DNA from: Candidatus Heimdallarchaeota archaeon
GTDB lineage: Archaea; Asgardarchaeota; Heimdallarchaeia; Heimdallarchaeales; Heimdallarchaeaceae
DNA length: 14,328 nt
Assembly: GCA_030668875.1 (NCBI GenBank)
Contig: DAOVER010000066.1
Coordinates: 1-14,328, forward strand
Direction: 5' to 3'
The notes beneath the pieces are model-generated. The model saw only the letters and a program-made list of their open reading frames with translations. It was not told where the DNA came from and ran no database searches. The position numbers and the translations under genes are program-made. Shown piece by piece: positions 1 through 7,189 of the stretch; position 1 is the stretch's first letter, and every line of letters starts with the position of its first letter.

Positions 1-116
1 TCCCTCTTTTCTCTGTTCTGTTCCTGCTGTCACGCATCTCCTTTCTGAAGAACCTGTCACCCTCTACCGTGTGCGGCGACTCTTCAGAACGCTTACTGAG
101 GGAGGTGAGAGAGCGT
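1..116 (-). other. GC-rich structured element: candidate ncRNA or structured 5' leader of an off-window gene
   Basis: Bases 1-120 are 62/120 G+C (52%), clearly above the AT-rich flanks. There is a perfect 9-bp stem (89-81 UUCUGAAGA / 51-43 UCUUCAGAA) with an inner stem GUCGCC/GGUGAC (80-75/61-56). The inner stem has a G.U pair on the minus strand that is an A.C mismatch on the plus strand. A TATA-like element lies at 143-150. Confidence 0.35.
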
Positions 117-142
117 AAAAAAGCTTATTGCGGAAGTACTAG

Positions 143-150
143 ATATATAA
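143..150 (-). promoter_or_regulatory. TATA-box candidate for a leftward transcript starting near 118
   Basis: Minus strand reads TTATATAT, about 25 nt upstream of the edge of the GC-rich block. Confidence 0.4.
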
Positions 151-164
151 TACGATTATTAAAG

Positions 165-176
165 GAACACATGTTC
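165..176. promoter_or_regulatory. Inverted repeat GAACA-CA-TGTTC, candidate operator
   Basis: 5-bp inverted repeat with a 2-nt spacer, just upstream of the TATA candidate at 143-150 in a divergent intergenic region. Confidence 0.2.
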
Positions 177-319
177 TTAAGTACTTATTCTCAAATTGAT
201 ATAAATACCATGTAAAATTTCAGCACATTTCTTTTGCTTTTTTAATAAAACTTTCGTTTAAACTCCATTTCTTTTTGTCCTTAAGAACCTTTTTTGAGTG
301 AGTATGAGTGATTTTTTTC

Positions 320-795
320 ATGGCTTCTACAGAAAATACTTTTAATTATACTAGACCCGCTTTCTATTTAGGGTCGTTTTAATCAGTCTTGTTGGTGGTA
401 TACTTTTCTTCTTTGCTGAATTTGATTGGTGGTGGCCAGGTACTTATTCTTGGGGTTATGATTTTGCTCTCTATGGTGTGGAAGTGCCCTGGTTTGGTAA
501 GGTTATTCTTGTCTTACTTGCACTTGTTTATCTCTTTGTAGCTTTTGTTTCATTGTATAAGCTTTATCCATTCTTTAAAATCTCCAAAGATCTAGAAAAC
601 ACTCTAGAACTCTCCGCTATAATTGCAGCTATTGCAGTAGTTGGTCTAATCATCCTTGTTGCAATTATTTTTGCTATTATGGCAAGTGATTCTAACGATT
701 GGGACTTTGGAACAACCTTCTATACTGGTCTCTTAGGTGGGATAGTTACCACAGTACTTCTCTGGTTTGCTAGAAAAACTGAATCTACAAAATAA
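320..795 (+). CDS. Multi-pass membrane protein (about 4 TM helices) with an apparent -1 frameshift at 355-379
   Basis: The frame of the track ORF 478..795 is open back to 355 and encodes a hydrophobic segment (RFLFRVVLISLVGGILFFFAEFDWWWPG...). ATG 320, preceded by SD-like GAGTGA, opens MASTENTFNYTRP... in another frame that stops at 380-382. Confidence 0.6.
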
Positions 796-823
796 ATAAG
801 ATGATAAGAATTGTTATCACCTT

Positions 824-835
824 CTCCTTTTTTTC
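824..835 (+). terminator. U-tract terminator candidate CTCCTTTTTTTC
   Basis: T7 tract about 30 nt after stop 795. The identical 12-mer occurs at 12690-12701 after another stop codon. Confidence 0.45.
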
Positions 836-913
836 AATCTAACTGGATACATGCAAGAATACTCTCTAATATTACTAGGTAAGACATATTAACTGTTTAT
901 TCTTCTTAATCTC

Positions 914-1624
914 ATGAATAATGACAAAGATTCCTTCCGAATCGTGATTACTGGAGGTTCAAGTGGTATAGGTGAAGCTACTGCCTTTGAAATGGCTAAA
1001 AGTGGCCATTGTTTTTATCTAACTGGACGAAATGAAGAACGACTTCAGAAGATTGTTACTGAGCTTCATTCCTTAGGTTGTGAAGCTCACTATGGTGTTG
1101 GGGACGTAGCTGATGAGAAAATAGCTGAACAAATGTTTAGTGAAATAAAGCAAAAACTTGGTGGAGTAGATGTTCTTTTAGCAAACGCTGGTGTTGGGCA
1201 TTTTGGTAACCTTGAAGACTTATCTCTTGATCAATATGATAGTCAATTTAATACCAATGTTAGAGGAGTATTTCTCTGGATGAAGATGGTTTTACCTCTT
1301 ATGAAAGGTCAAAATAGTGGACAGATAATCGTTACTTCTTCCAGTCTTGGATTGAAAACTTCTGCCCGTTGCTCTCTTTATGCTTCAACCAAACATGCTG
1401 TTCAAGCAATGGTGTGGTGCCTTCGTGAAGAATTGAAAGGAACAGGTGTCAAAGCTGCAACAATTAACCCTGGTTCTGTTGATACTCCCTGGTTCGATGG
1501 AAAAGATGTTGATAGATCTAAGATGCTCTCTTTAACAGACATAGCCTCTGCTGTTCGTTTGATTATTGATCAGAACGATACAAGTGATATTGATCATATC
1601 CTTCTAACACCAGGTAGAAAATAA
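914..1624 (+). CDS. Classical short-chain dehydrogenase/reductase (SDR), probably NADP(H)-dependent
   Basis: TGGSSGIG (TGxxxGxG), GRN after beta2, ANAG, NTN, catalytic S...YASTK (YxxxK), PGSVDT. Confidence 0.93.
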   Translation: MNNDKDSFRIVITGGSSGIGEATAFEMAKSGHCFYLTGRNEERLQKIVTELHSLGCEAHYGVGDVADEKIAEQMFSEIKQKLGGVDVLLANAGVGHFGNLEDLSLDQYDSQFNTNVRGVFLWMKMVLPLMKGQNSGQIIVTSSSLGLKTSARCSLYASTKHAVQAMVWCLREELKGTGVKAATINPGSVDTPWFDGKDVDRSKMLSLTDIASAVRLIIDQNDTSDIDHILLTPGRK

Positions 1625-1625
1625 A

Positions 1626-1662
1626 TTACTCGAAGTAAATCTCGAGTGACCTTTATCTTTTT
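1626..1662 (+). terminator. Hairpin followed by U-rich tract after the SDR gene
   Basis: ACTCGA (1628-1633) / TCGAGT (1642-1647) inverted repeat, then CCTTTATCTTTTTT. Confidence 0.35.
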
Positions 1663-1667
1663 AAATA
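1660..1667 (+). promoter_or_regulatory. TATA box for a probably leaderless GNAT transcript
   Basis: TTTAAATA centred about 24-26 nt before ATG 1687; no SD motif. Confidence 0.45.
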
Positions 1668-1686
1668 TTTAATCTGAGCAAATTCC

Positions 1687-2745
1687 ATGCATCAAGATTG
1701 TGAGATAATGCTCTTTGATCACTCATTAGCTTCTGAAGATTTAATTGAGAAATATCATGATTTTGATGATACTATCGGTTTGGAATTGAAACCATATGAG
1801 GGATTAATGTCTAGAGATTTTCGAAGAAAAAGTTTACAGACTGTCAACCCTAATGTCGATGTTTATACTTGGCTGATTATGAACAAAGATGGGATTTCTG
1901 GACCTATCCTTGGTAGGGCAATCCTACGTGTTAAAAATTCTCAATCACCTACTTACAAACAAAATGGACACATTGCTAGAATAAGTCTTCAAGTTTTACA
2001 AGAGAACAGAAGAATGAATATTGGGTCAATTTTATTAGATGAAATAGTAAAGAAAACGGGTGAATTCCCCATTGTAAAGTTGCTTATGGTTAGTTCAAAT
2101 AACGAAATGGGTTGGCGGTTTTGTGAAAGTAAAAAAGCAAAACTTGCTTTAGAACAGACAGAATCAGTTTTAGATGTTAGCAGTGTAGACTGGGGATTGA
2201 TGACTGACTGGAGGAAACAGAAAGAAGTTCTAGCAACTACTGAAAATGTAGAATTCGTATTTTTTGAAGCTGTTCCCGAGGAGATTATTGAAGAATATGC
2301 AAGTCTCTATACAGAAACTATCAACCAACAACCTCTAGGATCCTTGCAGTTTCGAAATGTAATAACACCAGATACTTTGCGAAACAGAGCAAAAGTCTGG
2401 ATAGTTGGGGGAATGAAATGGCACACTTTAATTTCAAAAGAAAATAACGGAAAAATAAGTGGCCTAAGTGAATTTTTGTATAACCCAGAACAACCTAACA
2501 TAGTTCATCAGCTGTTAACTGGAGTTAAACAAGAATATAGAAAACGAGGGTTGGGAAAAGTATTGAAAGCAGAACTTCTATTCTTCATGAAAGATAAGTA
2601 TCCTAAGGCAAAATTCGTCTCAACATCAAATACAATTACAAATGAAGCAATGTTATCTATTAATACTCGTATGAATTTCAGAATAAAAAGCCCTCTGAGA
2701 TATTATGAATTTGATGTAGAAAAACTAAGAAAAGCTCTGAGTTAA
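1687..2745 (+). CDS. Tandem (two-domain) GNAT N-acetyltransferase
   Basis: C-terminal motif A TGVKQEYRKRGLGKVLK and NxxxNEAMLSINTRMNF. A second, degenerate motif A (VLQENRRMNIGSILL) lies in the N-terminal half. Confidence 0.85.
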   Translation: MHQDCEIMLFDHSLASEDLIEKYHDFDDTIGLELKPYEGLMSRDFRRKSLQTVNPNVDVYTWLIMNKDGISGPILGRAILRVKNSQSPTYKQNGHIARISLQVLQENRRMNIGSILLDEIVKKTGEFPIVKLLMVSSNNEMGWRFCESKKAKLALEQTESVLDVSSVDWGLMTDWRKQKEVLATTENVEFVFFEAVPEEIIEEYASLYTETINQQPLGSLQFRNVITPDTLRNRAKVWIVGGMKWHTLISKENNGKISGLSEFLYNPEQPNIVHQLLTGVKQEYRKRGLGKVLKAELLFFMKDKYPKAKFVSTSNTITNEAMLSINTRMNFRIKSPLRYYEFDVEKLRKALS

Positions 2746-2790
2746 TATATTCTGCTTTTCCTTTGAAAAAAACTAATTTGATTCTTTGCT

Positions 2791-3357
2791 TTATACTGCA
2801 TAAACTTTCTTTAACAGTACTTCTCTAGCTAAAGATTGGAAACATCTCTTTACTCCAATCCCCTCAACTGCAATTGTTTCATATATTGGAATGTTCATAC
2901 CTAAATCTAAGGCATCTACTAATTCCTTTTTATCCATTGCATCAGGAACATCTCTTTTATTTAATGCAATAACGATTGGAATTTCTCCTCCAATCTTGTT
3001 TCCTATCTCATTTTTTAGTTCTACTGCAGATTCTATATTATCAGCTAACATAGCTCTTGAAGAATCTGCAACAAATAACAACCCATCTACACCTTTCAAA
3101 ACTAGAGACCTTTGATGTCTGTGTCTTCTTTGACCAGCAACAGTGTATATGTCTAGAATGACAGAAGCTGTTGCCATAAAGGGACTAAAATCAAAGTATA
3201 TTGTCCTTCCTGAAGGATCTTCGATGCTATTTAAACCTCCCTTCTTAATCCCAGTCACATCAGTATGTAGTCTTCTAAGTAACGTAGTCTTTCCGGAAAG
3301 GCTTGGTCCAACAAAAACCAGTTTAAAATGCATTTTCCCTGAAGCGTCTTTTCTCAT
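2791..3357 (-). CDS. mglA: MglA-family small GTPase
   Basis: G1 GPSLSGKTT, switch I RTIYFDF (MglA RTLFFDF, with intrinsic Arg finger), G3 YTVAGQ (MglA YTVPGQ), LKGVDGxxFVADS, G4 NKRD, G5 ETIA. Confidence 0.9.
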   Translation of the reverse strand: MRKDASGKMHFKLVFVGPSLSGKTTLLRRLHTDVTGIKKGGLNSIEDPSGRTIYFDFSPFMATASVILDIYTVAGQRRHRHQRSLVLKGVDGLLFVADSSRAMLADNIESAVELKNEIGNKIGGEIPIVIALNKRDVPDAMDKKELVDALDLGMNIPIYETIAVEGIGVKRCFQSLAREVLLKKVYAV

Positions 3358-3416
3358 CTTACTTTGTCCTCGTCAAACGTATTGTGGCTAGTATTGTATC
3401 TATTTTATCTTCTTGT

Positions 3417-3719
3417 TTATTTCCTTTTTTCTCGTAACACTATCAATACATATTCATTTTCAGGTGCAACTAAAATTTCACCATGACTTGTATCTAGTGT
3501 GAAGAAGTTTAGGTGACCTTCTTCTAGTTCTGTTACTACTGCTTTAGCACGACCTACAAGAGAAGCAACAAGAGCAGAAACATTTTCCCTCATTTCCATA
3601 CTTAGGTTTTGTGTGCTTGATATTGGTAAACCATCATTGCTAGTAATAATCACTCCTCTAACTCCGGGATGTGATTCGAGAGATTTAAGTGTCTCTTCAA
3701 ATTGTTTTTGTGATATCAT
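3417..3719 (-). CDS. Roadblock/LC7-domain protein, dynein-light-chain-roadblock-like; MglB-position partner of the GTPase
   Basis: EETLKSLESHPGVRGVIITSNDGLPISST (alpha-beta-beta, DGxPI turn), central helix, then EILVAPENEYVLIVL. SD AGGAG 8 nt upstream. Confidence 0.9.
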   Translation of the reverse strand: MISQKQFEETLKSLESHPGVRGVIITSNDGLPISSTQNLSMEMRENVSALVASLVGRAKAVVTELEEGHLNFFTLDTSHGEILVAPENEYVLIVLREKRK

Positions 3720-3727
3720 TTATTAAT

Positions 3728-3769
3728 CTCCTTTAATGCAGCTATCTTTACAGACCATCCTTTTTATAA
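3728..3769 (-). promoter_or_regulatory. TATA box (TTATAAAA, 3769-3762) and SD (AGGAG, 3732-3728) of the roadblock-mglA operon
   Basis: Spacing predicts a short leader of about 20 nt containing the SD. Confidence 0.55.
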
Positions 3770-3963
3770 CTTATTAAGGCTGTTATATAGTTAAGACATT
3801 GTGTTTTTAAAGGCTTATGATAGTTTCTGCAATATCTAGGAAACATTGTCGTTTTTTACCATTGTGATAGTAGACATGACATTAAAAAAATTTTCACGTA
3901 TTATTTTCAATAAGATTTAATTAAAGTTATCTTCATATTGTATACACATAGAACAATTAAACT

Positions 3964-4653
3964 GTGTTGGTAACAATGCCAGATGATAAGGATTCACAAG
4001 AAAAGATTGAGGTTCTTTCGAGATTAAGATATCACAAAGTTGGATTAACTGAGAGAATGAAACAAGCATTTCTAAATGTTCCTCGTGAAGAATTTGTTCT
4101 TCAAAAACATAGAGAAAGTGCTTACATCGATACTCCTCTTCCTATTCTGGCAGGGCAAACCATTAGTGCTATTCATATGGTTATGATTTATATCTCGACA
4201 CACTGCACTGATCCCCAAATTGGAGACAAAGTACTTGAAATAGGTGCTGGAAGCGGGTATAATGCTGCTATGTTTGCTGAAATGGTTGCACCAGAGGGCA
4301 GTGAAAATCCAGGACATGTTTATGCTATCGAGATTGTACCAAAACTAGTTGAGTTTGCAAAAGAAAACATCGAAAGAACAGGATATTCAGATAGGGTTAC
4401 TATAATTGGAGGTGATGGGGGGATTGGTCTTCCTGAATATGCTCCATATGAAATTGTTTCTATTGCAGCTGCAAGTAAAAAGATTCCTCCTCCTCTTCTT
4501 GAGCAAGTTGCCATTGGTGGGAAAATGGTTCTGCCAGTTGGCAAAAGTTTCTATCAAGAGCTTATTCTTATGACAAAGGAAAAAGATGGAAGTTTCTCTG
4601 AAAAGAGTCTAGGGGGAGTTGCTTTCGTCCCACTCACAGGAAAATATGGCTAA
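3964..4653 (+). CDS. pcm: Protein-L-isoaspartate O-methyltransferase
   Basis: AFLNVPREEFV, AYIDTPLPI, GQTISAxHM, VLEIGAGSGY, GDGxxG, APYE, LLEQxxxGGKMVLPVG, FVPL. The start may be ATG 3976 rather than GTG 3964. Confidence 0.95.
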   Translation: MLVTMPDDKDSQEKIEVLSRLRYHKVGLTERMKQAFLNVPREEFVLQKHRESAYIDTPLPILAGQTISAIHMVMIYISTHCTDPQIGDKVLEIGAGSGYNAAMFAEMVAPEGSENPGHVYAIEIVPKLVEFAKENIERTGYSDRVTIIGGDGGIGLPEYAPYEIVSIAAASKKIPPPLLEQVAIGGKMVLPVGKSFYQELILMTKEKDGSFSEKSLGGVAFVPLTGKYG

Positions 4654-4689
4654 TTTCATTTATCGAAAACAAGTTTTTAAATCTTAAAA

Positions 4690-4697
4690 TATAAATA
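4690..4697 (+). promoter_or_regulatory. TATA box for a probably leaderless fen transcript
   Basis: TATAAATA about 26 nt before ATG 4720; no SD. Confidence 0.5.
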
Positions 4698-4719
4698 TTA
4701 TTGCTAGGTTGTTTAACAA

Positions 4720-5757
4720 ATGGGTGTAAAGAAAATCAGTGATTTGTTCAAAGGAACTCCAATTGAGCTAGCTCAACTAAGACAAAAGAAACTAGCTGTT
4801 GATGCACTAAATATTATTTATCAGTTCTTGGCTTCGATTAGAGGATATGATGGTAGCCTTCTTTCTGATTCAGAAGGTTATGTAACAAGTCATTTATCAG
4901 GACTTCTCTATAGAAATGCTCGGCTTTTAGAAAAAGGAATTCAACTTGCCTATGTGTTTGATGGTGCACCTTCTAAACTAAAGAGAGAAGAAATAAGGAG
5001 AAGAGCTAAAGTTAAACGGAAAGCAAGAGAAGAAATGGAGGAAGCGTTAGAACGAGGAGATATGGAGAGAGCTAGAACTGTAGCACAACGAACCAGTGTT
5101 GTTACTTCGTCAATGATCGATGATAGTAAAAAACTGTTGAGACACATGGGTATTCCTGTTATTGAAGCTCCAACTGAAGGAGAAGCTCAAGCAGCATATT
5201 TGGTTCAGAAGAAGAAAGTTTGGGCCGTTGCTTCTCAAGATTACGATAGCTTACTGTTTGGTTCTTCAACACTTGTAAGAAATCTAACCCTCTCAGGACG
5301 AAGAAAATTGCCAAAATCAAATCGATATACTACTATAAATGTAGAGGTTTTTCACCAACATGAATTGCTTAAAGCTTTGGAGCTGACTAAAGAACAGCTG
5401 GTTGATATGTCCATACTAATTGGAACCGATTTTAATCCAGATGGTGTGAAAGGAATAGGACCAAAAACTGCTTACAAATTTATCAAAAAGCACGGCACAT
5501 TGGAGGAAGCTATTATCAATGAAGAATCAGTTGTACTTGATGTAGATATTGATGCAATCCGTGAAATTTTCTTAAACCCTGAAATTAACGATGACTACAC
5601 ACTCGATTTCAAACCAATTGATGTTGAGGGTGTTACTGAATTTCTGTGTGAAGAACGTGGCTTCAATAAAGATCGCGTTGTAAGTACTTTAAACAAAGCT
5701 AGAATAGGGCAAGATTCTGCTCTTAAGCAAAAAAGTTTAGATGCTTTTTTTGGTTAA
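4720..5757 (+). CDS. fen: Flap endonuclease 1, archaeal type
   Basis: MGV start, DALNxxYQFLxxIR, VFDG, EGEAQAA, SQDYDSLLFG, GTDFN...GIGPKTA (H3TH), C-terminal PCNA PIP box QKSLDAFF (5728-5751). Confidence 0.97.
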   Translation: MGVKKISDLFKGTPIELAQLRQKKLAVDALNIIYQFLASIRGYDGSLLSDSEGYVTSHLSGLLYRNARLLEKGIQLAYVFDGAPSKLKREEIRRRAKVKRKAREEMEEALERGDMERARTVAQRTSVVTSSMIDDSKKLLRHMGIPVIEAPTEGEAQAAYLVQKKKVWAVASQDYDSLLFGSSTLVRNLTLSGRRKLPKSNRYTTINVEVFHQHELLKALELTKEQLVDMSILIGTDFNPDGVKGIGPKTAYKFIKKHGTLEEAIINEESVVLDVDIDAIREIFLNPEINDDYTLDFKPIDVEGVTEFLCEERGFNKDRVVSTLNKARIGQDSALKQKSLDAFFG

Positions 5758-5912
5758 AGGTTCTCATGAGTCATTCAATTAGCAAAATATATTCTCTCAA
5801 TTGGGAAAAGGCATTATTTCTACCTTCTTACAATTCATTCTGGAATCAGTATTTGTATTAGATTTTCTATAAAAAGCTAACATTAATATGGGAGGAATAA
5901 GGAGAAACAATC

Positions 5913-7166
5913 ATGTCTATTTCGTTCAATTCTTTTATCAAACTAGGCTCAAATAGAAATTTATCAAAAGCAGAACTTTCTCAAATTTTAGACTCCTTAA
6001 GGATTGAACAAGTCAAATATCAAGACTGGAAAGATTATCTTCTTTTGAGTTTAGGGAAAAATACTCAGAAGAAGCTTGTAAAAAAACTAGAACAAACAGG
6101 GAGTATCATCAAATTCGGTAATCTTGAGTTCAAAGTTGGAGTATCTGAGAAAAAAGCATTAAATAGCAACTTGGTAACAATTATTGATGGAATATTCTTA
6201 AAATATCTCCCTAAACGACAGAAGCAATTGAAATTGTCATTAAATATTCGGACTGATGATGTAACACAAAGATCAGAACTAAGTAAAGAAATAAGAAAAA
6301 TTATCCAAAAAATTTCTCAAGAAAAGCATCTTCCCGTAAAGGTTTTACCAACGAAAAAAGAAACTTATGAGCTTACCCCATTTGATTACAACAAAGAGAA
6401 TCTTCCAACAAGAGGAATTGAACTTAACTTATTTGTTATAAAATCGAAAATCTATTTCGGTCCAACTAGATGGGTAACTAATCCGTTTAAGGATATTAAA
6501 CAAGATGAGGAGCGACCAGTGCGTTTCTTCACCCATGGAACATCAATCAAATTATCTCGTACATTAGTAACATTAGCTAATATCCCCTATGATGGTGTAC
6601 TGTTGGATCCCTTTTGTGGTACTGGAACTATACTTATTGAGGCCTTAAAGCAAGGAATGAATGTTATAGGTGTTGACAAAGATCAAAAGTGCATTCGCTC
6701 TTCAAAGACTAACCTCCATCATTTCTCTGAGAAGTATCCCAGCCGTGAGAAAATGAAAACAAAATGGAGAGTTCGATTACATGATTCTCGGAAATTGACA
6801 GAAGCTATCCAGAAAAAGGTTGATGGGGTTGTTACTGAACCATTTTTAGGTCCTTTTCTCAAACATTTACCTCACATTGAAGAAGCACAGATGACAATGA
6901 AAAGTTTGGAACGTCTCTATACTAGAGTTTTAGCTCTATGTAAGAGTTTACTTAAAGATGGAGCCAGAATAGTTTTTATTATGCCTGAATATAATTATCC
7001 ACTAAAGAGATCTGTATATCCTAACGTCAAATCAATATGCGAAAAAACTGGTTTGACAACTTTAGAAGAAAGCAAATTTTTCAATATAAAATTCCCCATC
7101 GAGATCGGTAGAAAGCACAATGTTGTCGCAAGAAAATTATTTATTTTTGAAAGTAAAGAAAATTAA
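5913..7166 (+). CDS. THUMP-type tRNA (guanine-N2) methyltransferase-like protein (Trm11/TrmG10/Trm14 group)
   Basis: N-terminal LGxNxxLSxAEL, DEERP linker, motif I LLDPFCGTGTILIEA, GVD. Motif IV reads TEPF rather than DPPY/NPPY. SD GGAG upstream. Confidence 0.75.
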   Translation: MSISFNSFIKLGSNRNLSKAELSQILDSLRIEQVKYQDWKDYLLLSLGKNTQKKLVKKLEQTGSIIKFGNLEFKVGVSEKKALNSNLVTIIDGIFLKYLPKRQKQLKLSLNIRTDDVTQRSELSKEIRKIIQKISQEKHLPVKVLPTKKETYELTPFDYNKENLPTRGIELNLFVIKSKIYFGPTRWVTNPFKDIKQDEERPVRFFTHGTSIKLSRTLVTLANIPYDGVLLDPFCGTGTILIEALKQGMNVIGVDKDQKCIRSSKTNLHHFSEKYPSREKMKTKWRVRLHDSRKLTEAIQKKVDGVVTEPFLGPFLKHLPHIEEAQMTMKSLERLYTRVLALCKSLLKDGARIVFIMPEYNYPLKRSVYPNVKSICEKTGLTTLEESKFFNIKFPIEIGRKHNVVARKLFIFESKEN

Positions 7167-7189
7167 AAGAAGAACGTAGAAAGTTTGAA

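Noticed and set aside
45-99. Two CTGA (box D-like) words on the plus strand suggesting a C/D sRNA
   Set aside because: No box C or C' (TGATGA-like) at the right spacing.
84-108. CAGAACGCTTAC resembling the RNase P CR-V, and TCACCTCC resembling the 16S 3' end
   Set aside because: The CR-V match lacks the central CCGG/GCGG bases, and the flanks do not match helix 45 of 16S rRNA.
1661-1672. Perfect palindrome TTAAATATTTAA
   Set aside because: All A/T and coincident with the TATA box; adequately explained by the promoter.
3796-3866. Three CATTGT copies in the roadblock/pcm divergent intergenic region
   Set aside because: Short, AT-rich and irregularly spaced (47 and 16 nt); not distinguishable from chance.
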